Source: Cyanobacteria bacterium UBA7753
GTDB taxonomy: Bacteria > Cyanobacteriota > Vampirovibrionia > Gastranaerophilales > Gastranaerophilaceae
Assembly: GCA_002481545.1 (NCBI GenBank)
Contig: DLEF01000057.1
Span: 4,679 to 68,678, forward strand
Length of the DNA: 64,000 nucleotides
Reading direction: 5' to 3'
Position 1 is the stretch's first letter. Each line of letters begins with the position of its first letter. The position numbers were made by a program, and so were the translations under genes. The notes beneath the pieces are model-generated. The model had not been told where the DNA came from. It made no database searches and saw only the letters and a list, made by a program, of their open reading frames with translations. This document shows, piece after piece, positions 26,909 to 36,831 of this stretch.

Positions 26909-27703
26909 TTATTCTACCCAGCCTGATGCCTTTACTCTGCCGTATCTTACAGGTTCAGGAGAAATTAGGCTGTGTGCTCTCTGTATTATTTCCAACGAAT
27001 TAGGATACTTATTGCTAAAATGTATAGAATCTATATTAGCAACAGTTAAACCGTTAGAAGAATTGTTAACCTGAGAAGAATGCAAAATCGTCTGTAAGCG
27101 TTTCATGCAAGCTTCCGTATCGGTAATATCAGGTAAACTCCACTCTATCCCAAGATTTTGATTATACTGCTTGTCGATAATAATTTCTTCACAAACAGGT
27201 ATTTTTACATAATCTGCTATTTTTTCAATAATATCGCCTGATGCCCCGCAGTATGTAAGCCATTGCGAGCATTTTTGGATTGCTCTTGCAATAACCGTTG
27301 CAAATCTGAAATCCTGTGCTGCTTTCTTATACATAGCTCCGTGAGGTCTTACATGTTCAATCTCCAAGTGATATGCTTTTGCAAAAGACATCAGTGCCCC
27401 GACTTGATATATAACAAGAGCTTCCAACTCATCATCAGTCAAGTCCATTTCACGATAACCGAAACCTTGGATATCGGCAAATCCGATATGAGCCCCGATT
27501 ACAAGATTTTTTTCTTTTGCTGCAAGCAACGCCTTTCTGATTGTTTGCGGATCGCCCGCGTGAGCCCCGCATGATATATTAACCGATGATACATAGTCAA
27601 GAATGCTGTATTCGGAATTATTCTTATAAACCCCGTATCCTTGCGCCAAATCACAGTTAAAATCTAAACTTTTTATACTTTTTCTTACAGGTGTTTTTGT
27701 CAT
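26909..27703 (-). CDS. pxpA: 5-oxoprolinase subunit A (LamB/YcsF family)
   Basis: NCDLAQGYG...SSVNISCGAHAGDP...VRPHGAMY. No pxpB or pxpC adjacent. Confidence 0.72.
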   Translation of the reverse strand: MTKTPVRKSIKSLDFNCDLAQGYGVYKNNSEYSILDYVSSVNISCGAHAGDPQTIRKALLAAKEKNLVIGAHIGFADIQGFGYREMDLTDDELEALVIYQVGALMSFAKAYHLEIEHVRPHGAMYKKAAQDFRFATVIARAIQKCSQWLTYCGASGDIIEKIADYVKIPVCEEIIIDKQYNQNLGIEWSLPDITDTEACMKRLQTILHSSQVNNSSNGLTVANIDSIHFSNKYPNSLEIIQRAHSLISPEPVRYGRVKASGWVE

Positions 27704-27962
27704 CTGTCATTCTCCCATTATCTACCATACAATTATACAACTAAAAGAAAATTAGAAAAGTACGGAGGGGGTAAAGGGGTAAATATATAAGAGAGAATAC
27801 GCATATTGTTAAAGAATTATAAAATAATGGTAATAAATATCTCTCAAAAACAGATAGCGACATGGTTTCCGTAACATTTCGTAATAAAAAAACGAAAAAA
27901 GGCAAGTTTCGCGGAAAAAAATACTTTATTAAAGTAAGAGTTAAGTATATTTTGGGAATATT

Positions 27963-30062
27963 ATGTTAGAAAACGTAAGATACGGAACAAATTCAAATAT
28001 TTCAACAGACGATACGAGGATTAAATCGCCTAATTTTGCTTCGCCTTCATTTGCTGCAAATCCTCAAAATACTGTCGATACAACTCCGCAAGCAGATACT
28101 TACAGCCCTAATCAGGCTAATCCTGCTAATCCGAACGAACCAAAAGAAATGGGATTCGGTGAAAAATTAGCAAAGTATATTATACCGACAGGTTTGGTAC
28201 TTAACTACGGTACAAAAGTATTTGATAAAGCATGTGGCGGCGAATACGATAAGAGCATACTCGGCAAACTCGGACGCTGGGGCGATTCATTATCAGAAAA
28301 ATTAAAAGATAACAAATTGGCTCAAGGTATCAAAAAACACGTATCTTCCGCTAAAACTAAATTAAATAATTTTGTAAGCAGACATGAAACATTAAGTACT
28401 ATGCGTGATATGCATACGAACCCTGAATGTACAATGGTTACAAGTTTCCTTGAAACTCAAAAAGAAGCAGATTTAAAGGAAGCTACAAATAAATTAGAAA
28501 AATTCATCAATGACGGTCCTAAATCATTAAAAGATGCAGGTGCAACTAAAGATGAAATAAAAGCATTCACTAATAAATACGGTGCTAATGCTTTAGAAGA
28601 ATTTCAAAAACAAAAAATGTTCTCTAATCCGGGAGCAATTCCGAAAGGTGTTTCTTTAAAAGATTTAAGAATGCAATATTTTGGATTAGATGAAGCAAAA
28701 TTAAACAGTTTAAAAAGTAATCCTGAAAAATATGCAAAAGAAATAGAAAAACTTTTAGGAGATGCTAAAGAATTATCTCCTAAGATGAGTACTTATTTGA
28801 ATAAATTGCTTGCAATGAGCAAACCTACAACAAAGTTAGGCAGACTCTTCCCTAAAATGGCAAAACTCGGTATGAGAGGTTTGACATTCGGCGGCGGATT
28901 TTGGAACTCGATGTTTATTGCAATGTTCCTCGGAGACGCAGTTAAAAATACCGTTGATGCTCCAAAAGATCAAAAAGTTTCAACAGCTGTAAACGGACTC
29001 TTTGATGCTGTAGCTTGGGTTGTTTCAATGCCTTTGGCTTTGAAAGGTATGCACGCTTTGGGCGGGCTCAAGAACCTCGGCAGAACCAAAGCTCAAAATG
29101 AAGGATTCAAAAAAGAGTTTAATCTCTTAAAAGAAGCAGTTAAAAACGGTACATTCACGTATGATAAAACAAAATATAAAAATGCTCAAGACGCTGTAAA
29201 AGCTGCGCATAACGCTCTTAATACAAAGTATGCAGGTGCAGAAGTCAAAGGATTCAAAAAAGTATTAAAGGGTATCGGTAAATTCTTAAGCGTAGGTCTT
29301 GAACAAACTCCTGTTATAAAAGACTCAACAAAAGGATTAAAATTCTCTGAAAAAGCAGGAGTAATGTTGAAGAATATCGGTCGTAAAATAAAAGTAAACG
29401 GACCGAAAAACATGCTCGGTTATCCTTTGAGATTTGCTCTCTATATGCTCGCATTCCAACCTGTAGTTGATAAAATCTTCAAAGCACCTCTTAATGCAAT
29501 CTTCGGAAAACCTTATGATCCTGAAGAAATAAAAGAAAAACAGGAAAAAGAAGACAAAAGATTAGCAGATGTTTATGCAAACAGAACTCCAAGTTTGATT
29601 GAAGCATACGGACATCAAGATCCTAACGCAACTGAAGGACTCAAAAACATAAATGAAAACGATTTAGCTGATAATAATTTAATCAAACAAACATTGAAAG
29701 AGAACAATGCTCTTCCGCCAAAATCAGCAGCAACCCCTGCAGGTTCTCCTAATGAACCTCAAATTGTAAACGGAGTACAAATCAATACAATAAACGGTGA
29801 CAAACCGTATATGCCTGAAAATACTCAACCGAACGGACAAACTCCGGCTCAAGGTCAAAATCCTTACGGCCCGAAAGATCCAAATCAAAGCGATATAGAT
29901 GTTCAACCGAGAACATACGTTCCTCAATTAGACGGATTTAACGTCAAATACGGCGATCCTGCACAGGCTCAAACAAATGCGGAAGCTCAAAAAGTATATG
30001 ACGCAATGACCAAAACAGAAGAAGACGTTAACAAATTCATCGCTAACGGTTATCAAAAATAA
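27963..30062 (+). CDS. large lineage-specific hypothetical protein (N/Q/P-rich termini, internal hydrophobic segments)
   Basis: 699-aa ORF with coding-like composition. Low-complexity N-terminal about 60 aa, then an FGEKL motif shared with the 40395..42371 protein. P/Q/N-rich C-terminus. Confidence 0.55.
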   Translation: MLENVRYGTNSNISTDDTRIKSPNFASPSFAANPQNTVDTTPQADTYSPNQANPANPNEPKEMGFGEKLAKYIIPTGLVLNYGTKVFDKACGGEYDKSILGKLGRWGDSLSEKLKDNKLAQGIKKHVSSAKTKLNNFVSRHETLSTMRDMHTNPECTMVTSFLETQKEADLKEATNKLEKFINDGPKSLKDAGATKDEIKAFTNKYGANALEEFQKQKMFSNPGAIPKGVSLKDLRMQYFGLDEAKLNSLKSNPEKYAKEIEKLLGDAKELSPKMSTYLNKLLAMSKPTTKLGRLFPKMAKLGMRGLTFGGGFWNSMFIAMFLGDAVKNTVDAPKDQKVSTAVNGLFDAVAWVVSMPLALKGMHALGGLKNLGRTKAQNEGFKKEFNLLKEAVKNGTFTYDKTKYKNAQDAVKAAHNALNTKYAGAEVKGFKKVLKGIGKFLSVGLEQTPVIKDSTKGLKFSEKAGVMLKNIGRKIKVNGPKNMLGYPLRFALYMLAFQPVVDKIFKAPLNAIFGKPYDPEEIKEKQEKEDKRLADVYANRTPSLIEAYGHQDPNATEGLKNINENDLADNNLIKQTLKENNALPPKSAATPAGSPNEPQIVNGVQINTINGDKPYMPENTQPNGQTPAQGQNPYGPKDPNQSDIDVQPRTYVPQLDGFNVKYGDPAQAQTNAEAQKVYDAMTKTEEDVNKFIANGYQK

Positions 30063-30166
30063 ATTGTCTGATTTATCGATATTAAAATAATGTAAAATTT
30101 CCGTGAATTTTAAATATTTATACTATACTAAAATAGTTAAAGTATTTAAAAATCGGGAGAGTTAAA

Positions 30167-30976
30167 ATGATTGATAAAACAGCAATTATAGATCCTTCTG
30201 CCGTTATTGATGATACGGCAATCATAGGACCGCACGTTATAATCGGAAAGAATGTAAAAATAGGCGCACGCACAAGAGTAATCGCAGATGCTTATATTGA
30301 ATACGCAGAAATCGGCGAAGATTGTACAATAAGCCCGTTTTCAACAATTGGTACCGAGCCTCAAGACTTAGGCTATAAAGGCGAAGAAACCAAGGTTGTA
30401 ATCGGAAACGGCACAATTATTAAAGAAAACGTAACTATCCACAGAGCTGCAGCATGCGGAGACTTTACAACAAGAGTCGGAAACAAATGCTTACTCATGG
30501 TCGGAACTCACGTTGCTCATAACTGCGTCTTAGAAGATGAAGTTATCTTGGCTAACCTCGTAACACTCGGCGGACACATCCATGTAGGATTCGGAGCTTT
30601 CGTCGGCGGAATGAGCGTATTCCACCAAAATATCAGAATCGGTAAAATGTCTATCGTTAGCGGTTTCTCCGCAGCTCGTCAAGACATTCTTCCGTACTCT
30701 AAAGGTGAAGGCAGACCTCCTGTAGCAAGAGGCTTAAACGTAGTTGCCCTTAAACGCAGAGGCTACTCAATGGAAGATATCAACATTGCAAAACACGCTT
30801 TTGAATTGTTGATTTCCGAAAAATACAACACAACTCAAGCAATAGAACAAATTTATGCCGACGGCAAAATAAATTCACTTGTAGAAGATATGATTGAGTT
30901 TGTAAAAACTTCAAAAAGAGGCGTAACCTTGAGAAACCACAAAAAAGGCTACAGAGCACTAAAAGAAGAAGACTAA
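30167..30976 (+). CDS. lpxA: acyl-ACP--UDP-N-acetylglucosamine O-acyltransferase
   Basis: Left-handed beta-helix hexapeptide repeats followed by an LpxA-type C-terminal helical domain with GLNVVALKRRGYS. Confidence 0.85.
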   Translation: MIDKTAIIDPSAVIDDTAIIGPHVIIGKNVKIGARTRVIADAYIEYAEIGEDCTISPFSTIGTEPQDLGYKGEETKVVIGNGTIIKENVTIHRAAACGDFTTRVGNKCLLMVGTHVAHNCVLEDEVILANLVTLGGHIHVGFGAFVGGMSVFHQNIRIGKMSIVSGFSAARQDILPYSKGEGRPPVARGLNVVALKRRGYSMEDINIAKHAFELLISEKYNTTQAIEQIYADGKINSLVEDMIEFVKTSKRGVTLRNHKKGYRALKEED

Positions 30977-30999
30977 TAAAATATTTATTATACAAAAAA

Positions 31000-31031
31000 G
31001 GCGTGAGATGAAAAACATCTCCCGCCTTTTT
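31000..31031 (+). terminator. terminator after lpxA
   Basis: ggcgtgagatg / catctcccgcc stem followed by TTTTT. Confidence 0.6.
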
Positions 31032-31046
31032 ATTACCCACAAAATA

Positions 31047-31080
31047 AATGAAGCCGAATGATATACATTCGACTTCATTT
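31047..31080 (-). terminator. hairpin or terminator after rpoC2
   Basis: aaatgaagccgaatg / cattcgacttcattt stem with A/T runs on both sides. Confidence 0.5.
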
Positions 31081-31105
31081 TTATTTTTAAACCGTTACGG
31101 TTTTA

Positions 31106-34100
31106 TTACTCTTCGGTAGGTTTATCAGGTTTTACCGTCAAATCAGGAGAACCGAACATACCTTCGATTTCTTCCAAGATTGCGGCAGGTTTTCTTGCCT
31201 GATTACGTTGAGCAGCTGCACGTCTTTGTGCTTCTCTGTCCTTTTCTTCGCTTGCGAATGACAGGTGATGGAAACCTGTACCTGCAGGAATCAAACGACC
31301 GATAATGACGTTTTCTTTCAATCCTCTCAACATATCTTTCTTACCTTCAACGGCAGCTTCTGTCAAGATTCTGGTTGTTTCCTGGAATGATGCTGCTGAT
31401 ATGAAACTTTCGGTATTCAAAGATGCCTTTGTAATACCTAACAGCATATATTCACATTCTGCAGGAGTTCCGCCGTTTTTCTCGATTTCTTTATTTGCTG
31501 CTCTGAATTTAGATAATTCAACTTCTTCAGCAGGTAAGAAATCTGCATCGTTAGGTTCTGTGATTTTAACCTTTTTAGTCATTTGACGAACGATGGTTTC
31601 AATATGTTTATCGGAAATTTCAACACCCTGAGAACGATATACACGTTGTACTTCATCAACAAGGTATTGTTGAGCTGCTTCCGGTCCTGATAATCTGATG
31701 ACTTCTTTAGGATCTAATGAACCGCTTGTTAACGGTTGACCTTTTTTAACCTTCTGTTTATTAGATACGATGATAGTAGAATCGATAGAGTATTTAATCT
31801 CTTTTCTTCCGCCTTCTTCGTCTTCTATAAACAATCTAGGCATTTCGTCATCCATTTCAATAATTGCAGTACCGTCTGTTTCTGCAAGGATAGCACAATC
31901 TTTAGGTTTTCTTGCCTCTAACAATTCTTCTACCCTCGGCAAACCTTGGACGATATCACTTGTTTTTTGTCTTTCGTATAACAGTGTCGCAACACTATCA
32001 CCACGCTGTACAAGTGAACCTTCCTCAATCTGCAACATAGTACCCATACTAATCAAATAAGGACGTCCGCTTCTGATTGTAACACCTGTCTTGGTTGCTG
32101 ATACAACCTGACCGGATACAGGAGCCAACTCACCGCTATCTGCAACAGCGTCTTCTTGCTTGATGAAGTCGCCTGCCTTAACGGTAGCTTTACCCTTAAT
32201 CTTAACGGTTGATTCGTATTCAGCAGATTGTAATAACAATCTTCTTTTCTCTTTTTCGTTTCCGCTGATGGAAGCAACACCGTCACTGATTGCCAAAACT
32301 TCAGTCTTAGCAACAGCCGTGTTAGGTTCAATAACCTGACCGTCTTTTACAAGCAATTCTGTTTGTAAAGATTGGTTAATTCTTGAATTACCTTCCATTT
32401 CACGACGGACAATCAAAGTTTGCAATACAACAATCTTCAATTGGTTGTTATCGTCTAATTCAACAAGACCTTTCAAGTGTGACAAATATCCTTCCATAGA
32501 TAATTTCAAACTTGTTCTTGTCAAAGTAGCACCGTCGAGGTTTCTAACTCTTGCGCCGTCTTTATATTGCAATTGAGTTTCAGCAACAACATCGATTAAA
32601 TCATCAGAAGTGTTGAATCTGATTGAAACATCTTTAGGTTTAACCTTGATAACCTGAACAGGTCTTACAAGGATTTGAACAGGTTGTTCTTCCAAACCTA
32701 CGTTTGTATCAATTTCTTCATCCAAATCATCAATATCAATGTCATCAAAACCTGAATCCATTACAGTAACGATTGAAGTTTGTTTTGCCTTGATACCTTC
32801 GGCAATTACGGTACCTTTCTTGATAACAGTACCTTCTTCAACCTTCAAATCTTTAATACTGCTTAATTGATGTAATTCACCCGGTCTGATTGTTATTTCG
32901 TGGATAACATCATTGTATTCGTTAAATTCAACAACACCGTCAAGGTGAGCATAAACATCTTTTACAACCTCTGTTCCGGCTGTAACGGTAGCACCGTTTT
33001 CAACCATCTTCAAAGTTGCATCTTTGTTTATTTGGTGAACTTCTTCAGGGATGAATACAATTTCACCTGCTTTTGTAATTACTTGGTTTTCGTCAACTTC
33101 TACATCCATATATTTAATTTCACCGGAAGAAGTAACTGCGCATTCGTCGTCTACCAACTCTGCGATTACCATTCCGTTTTCAATGGTTGTATCAATAGGA
33201 GCCTTAACGATATATCTTTCGTCTTCGCCTTCTACTGTCCAGAACTGTTCTTTCTTTGTTTGTTCAAATGTTGCATTTGATGGAAACAATGATGCAATAA
33301 CGATAGTTAACTCTTTACCTTTAACAATCTTCTTAATCTTCTTACCTTCAAATTTTGCATCTTCAATAACCAAGTCAGAACCGTAACGAACTTCACCGCC
33401 GTGATCACTGATGATTGAAGTTTCAGCGATTTCTTCGCCTGCTTTAACTTTTTGATTATCTTTAACAAGGATAGTAGAGTCACCAGGTAAGTTATAAACA
33501 TCGCCTGCAATAACCCAAACAATACCCGCTTTGTTAGCCGTACGGGAAATGTTACCCTGTCTGTCTTTCTTTTCGCCTGCATCGAAACCGTCAAAGTAAA
33601 TTTGACCTGCTATATCGGAGTTAATATCCTTTGTAGCTTTCTCTGTCAAACGACTGTGTTCTTTCTGCGCAGCCGGATCGAAGTTTGCAAGGTTATCACC
33701 TTTCTTAACCTTATCACCGTCTTTTACTAATAATATAGCGCCTGCAGGAATGTGATATTTGCTTGAACGTTTTGCGCCCTTAACTTCAACATCACCTTCA
33801 TACATAACAATATTAACGACATCACCGTGACGAGTTCTTAATTCTCTTGTTTTAAGAGATGAGACAACAGTACCGTCTTCTCTTGCAGGGAATGTCTTGA
33901 TTGATTCTCTAACGCCTACAGCACCACCGGTGTGGAATGTTCTCAATGTAAGCTGTGTACCAGGTTCACCTATTGACTGTGCTGCGATAATACCGATAGC
34001 TTCACCGATATCTACCATCTTTTGCGTAGTCAATGCCCATCCGTAACATTTTTGACATACACCGTAATCAAGTGAACATGTCAAAGCTGAACGAACTTTT

Positions 34101-34966
34101 AATGAATCAAACTTCAAGTGAGAAATCTTTTCGATATCTTCACGAGACATTGTTGTATTCTTAGGAACTAACAAAGTTTTTCCGTCTGTATCGTAAATAT
34201 CTTCGGCAATAGTTCTGCCCAATAATCTGTCGATAAGCGGAACGATTAAATTATCACCATCATAGATAGGTTTCATATTAATATAATGTTCACCGCCGCA
34301 GTCGTGGTCTCTGATGATAACATCCTGAGCAACATCGACCAAACGTCTTGTCAAATATCCTGAGTCAGCTGTTTTCAACGCTGTATCAACCAACCCTTTA
34401 CGAGCACCGTATGATGAAATGATGTAATCGGTAACCGATAAGCCTTCTTTAAAGTTTGACTTAATCGGCAAGTCGATAATCTGTCCTGCAGAGTCAGCCA
34501 TCAAACCACGCATACCAACCAACTGTGATACCTGTGATAAGTTACCTCTAGCTCCGGAGAACGCCATCATATATACCGGGTTCAATCTGTCGAAGTTTTC
34601 AACAACCTGTTCGGTCAACTTAGCTGTTGTTTCAGACCAAGTATCGATGACCTTTGTGTATCTTTCAACCTCGGTAATCTCACCTCTCAAATAACGATTG
34701 GTAGATTTTTGGATTTCTTCTTCTGCAGATTCCAACAAAGCTTTCTTTGTTTCCGGTACAGACAAATCCGCGATTGAAATAGTTACACCGGATAATGTTG
34801 CATATTTATACCCTAAGTTTTTCAAGGTATTTGCTAACTCACCCATTTTTGCACCACCGTATTCGAGATACATTTGAGCAAGCAATTTTCTAATAGCACC
34901 CTTATCCATTAACTTGTTAATGAACGCAGGTACTTTTGTTTTTGTTCTAGTATATGTATTTGCCAT
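31106..34966 (-). CDS. rpoC2: DNA-directed RNA polymerase subunit beta' (C-terminal part of a split beta', RpoC2)
   Basis: Begins in the conserved beta' G region (bridge-helix region GARKGLVDTALKTADSGYLTRRLVDV). Contains a long insertion of repeated SBHM-like hairpins and ends with conserved VIIGRLIPAGTG. Confidence 0.95.
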   Translation of the reverse strand: MANTYTRTKTKVPAFINKLMDKGAIRKLLAQMYLEYGGAKMGELANTLKNLGYKYATLSGVTISIADLSVPETKKALLESAEEEIQKSTNRYLRGEITEVERYTKVIDTWSETTAKLTEQVVENFDRLNPVYMMAFSGARGNLSQVSQLVGMRGLMADSAGQIIDLPIKSNFKEGLSVTDYIISSYGARKGLVDTALKTADSGYLTRRLVDVAQDVIIRDHDCGGEHYINMKPIYDGDNLIVPLIDRLLGRTIAEDIYDTDGKTLLVPKNTTMSREDIEKISHLKFDSLKVRSALTCSLDYGVCQKCYGWALTTQKMVDIGEAIGIIAAQSIGEPGTQLTLRTFHTGGAVGVRESIKTFPAREDGTVVSSLKTRELRTRHGDVVNIVMYEGDVEVKGAKRSSKYHIPAGAILLVKDGDKVKKGDNLANFDPAAQKEHSRLTEKATKDINSDIAGQIYFDGFDAGEKKDRQGNISRTANKAGIVWVIAGDVYNLPGDSTILVKDNQKVKAGEEIAETSIISDHGGEVRYGSDLVIEDAKFEGKKIKKIVKGKELTIVIASLFPSNATFEQTKKEQFWTVEGEDERYIVKAPIDTTIENGMVIAELVDDECAVTSSGEIKYMDVEVDENQVITKAGEIVFIPEEVHQINKDATLKMVENGATVTAGTEVVKDVYAHLDGVVEFNEYNDVIHEITIRPGELHQLSSIKDLKVEEGTVIKKGTVIAEGIKAKQTSIVTVMDSGFDDIDIDDLDEEIDTNVGLEEQPVQILVRPVQVIKVKPKDVSIRFNTSDDLIDVVAETQLQYKDGARVRNLDGATLTRTSLKLSMEGYLSHLKGLVELDDNNQLKIVVLQTLIVRREMEGNSRINQSLQTELLVKDGQVIEPNTAVAKTEVLAISDGVASISGNEKEKRRLLLQSAEYESTVKIKGKATVKAGDFIKQEDAVADSGELAPVSGQVVSATKTGVTIRSGRPYLISMGTMLQIEEGSLVQRGDSVATLLYERQKTSDIVQGLPRVEELLEARKPKDCAILAETDGTAIIEMDDEMPRLFIEDEEGGRKEIKYSIDSTIIVSNKQKVKKGQPLTSGSLDPKEVIRLSGPEAAQQYLVDEVQRVYRSQGVEISDKHIETIVRQMTKKVKITEPNDADFLPAEEVELSKFRAANKEIEKNGGTPAECEYMLLGITKASLNTESFISAASFQETTRILTEAAVEGKKDMLRGLKENVIIGRLIPAGTGFHHLSFASEEKDREAQRRAAAQRNQARKPAAILEEIEGMFGSPDLTVKPDKPTEE

Positions 34967-35033
34967 TTTTATATTTCCCTTATAATTTTATCTCTATATT
35001 ATAAAGCGATATCCGCTCTATATTTACCTTCTA

Positions 35034-36743
35034 CTAAACCAGTGCTTCTCTAACAGCTTCGTTAAAGATGATTCTGCCCGGAGTTGTTTCTATTCTCTTA
35101 CCGTTTTCATCACGAACGTAAATCTTATCGTGAAGCTCAAGTACACCGCTTTCTAATGCAGCGAGCGCATCGGTATAGTTGTAATAGTAACCTTTAGGCT
35201 CCATATCAGGTTTTTCGATAATAGTAAGGTAATACATACCCAAGACCATATCCTGAGTAGGAGTGATAATAGGTTTTCCGTTAGCCGGAGCAAGTACGTT
35301 ATTAGTACATAACATTAACATTCTTGCCTCTGTTTGAGCCTCGATTGAAAGAGGTACGTGAACAGCCATCTGGTCACCGTCGAAGTCGGCGTTGAATGCC
35401 GTACAAGCCAACGGGTGAAGTTGAATAGCTCTACCTTCAACCAATTTAGGTTCAAATGCTTGGATACCTAATCTGTGAAGCGTCGGAGCACGGTTTAACA
35501 TAACCGGATGTCCGTCGATAACTTCTTCCAAGATATCCCAAACTTTCGGATCGGATCTTTCTATTTTCTTCTTAGCGGATTTAATGTTTTGTACATAACC
35601 GCGTTCAATCAATTTATTAACAACAAACGGCTTGAACAACTCAATTGCCATTTCCTTCGGAAGTCCACATTGATTCAATTTCAATGAAGGACCTACAACG
35701 ATAACGGAACGACCTGAGTAGTCAACACGTTTACCTAACAAGTTCTGACGGAAACGACCTTGTTTACCTTCAATAATGTTAGATAATGATTTCAATGCTC
35801 TGTTGTTAGGACCAACAACGGTTCTTCCGCGTCTGCCGTTATCAATCAAAGCATCAACCGCTTCTTGTAACATTCTCTTTTCGTTTCTTACGATGATTTC
35901 AGGAGCACCCATTTCCAACAATCTCTTCAAACGGTTGTTTCTGTTGATAACACGTCTGTACAAATCGTTCAAATCTGATGTTGCGAAACGTCCGCCGTCT
36001 AATTGAACCATTGGTCTCAAATCAGGAGGAGTAACTGGGATAACATCCATAATCATCCATGTAGGATCGGTTTCTGAAGAAATCAATGAATCAAACAGTC
36101 TTAATCTCTTGATTAACTTAGATTTCTTTTGTACGGAATTAACACCTGCATCAAGTTCTGCTCTGATTTCTTCTGCCAATTTTTTGATATCTAATTCGGA
36201 TAACAATTCTTTAATTGCCTCTGCACCGATACCAACCTTCAAAGTTGATTCTTCGTGCTCATCCATATAATCTTCATAATCTTCTTCACTCAAAAGTTGA
36301 AGTTTCTTAAATTCACTGTCACCCGGATCCATAACGATATAGTTATTGAAGTAAATAACTTGTTCCAAATCCTTCAAAGTAACATCCAAAAGTAAACCGA
36401 GATATGAAGGAATACCTTTTAAGAACCAAATGTGAGATACAGGAGCGGCAAGTTTAATATGCCCCATTCTGTGACGTCTTACTTTTGAATCGGTAACCTC
36501 AACTCCGCATCTTTCGCAGATGATACCTTTGTGACGAACTCTTTTATATTTACCGCAAGCACATTCCCAATCCTTGGTTGGTCCAAAGATTCTTTCACAG
36601 AACAAACCGTCTCTTTCAGGCTTTAAGGTTCTGTAGTTGATTGTTTCCGGCTTCGTTACCTCCCCGTAAGACCACTTTAGTATTCTTTCCGGTGAAGCAA
36701 TGCTTATTCTTATATAATCAAAATAATCAATACTTGTAGCCAA
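35034..36743 (-). CDS. rpoC1: DNA-directed RNA polymerase subunit gamma (N-terminal part of a split beta', RpoC1)
   Basis: Zn-finger CERCGVEV, catalytic [12 protein letters not shown], and PVTPPDLRP; 569 aa, ending where rpoC2 begins. Confidence 0.95.
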   Translation of the reverse strand: MATSIDYFDYIRISIASPERILKWSYGEVTKPETINYRTLKPERDGLFCERIFGPTKDWECACGKYKRVRHKGIICERCGVEVTDSKVRRHRMGHIKLAAPVSHIWFLKGIPSYLGLLLDVTLKDLEQVIYFNNYIVMDPGDSEFKKLQLLSEEDYEDYMDEHEESTLKVGIGAEAIKELLSELDIKKLAEEIRAELDAGVNSVQKKSKLIKRLRLFDSLISSETDPTWMIMDVIPVTPPDLRPMVQLDGGRFATSDLNDLYRRVINRNNRLKRLLEMGAPEIIVRNEKRMLQEAVDALIDNGRRGRTVVGPNNRALKSLSNIIEGKQGRFRQNLLGKRVDYSGRSVIVVGPSLKLNQCGLPKEMAIELFKPFVVNKLIERGYVQNIKSAKKKIERSDPKVWDILEEVIDGHPVMLNRAPTLHRLGIQAFEPKLVEGRAIQLHPLACTAFNADFDGDQMAVHVPLSIEAQTEARMLMLCTNNVLAPANGKPIITPTQDMVLGMYYLTIIEKPDMEPKGYYYNYTDALAALESGVLELHDKIYVRDENGKRIETTPGRIIFNEAVREALV

Positions 36744-36831
36744 TTTTATTTTCTCCTTATAATTTTTGTTTTTTGATATTACCTGTATTTGTGTAGGTTA
36801 GAGAACGGATAAAATCCGTTCTCTTTTCCAA

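Noticed and set aside
31305-33594. Several 60-126-aa ORFs on both strands inside rpoC2 (for example 32900..33280, 33051..33386, 33307..33594).
   Set aside because: They are frame shadows within a strongly conserved essential gene, with low-complexity or hydrophobic nonsense translations.
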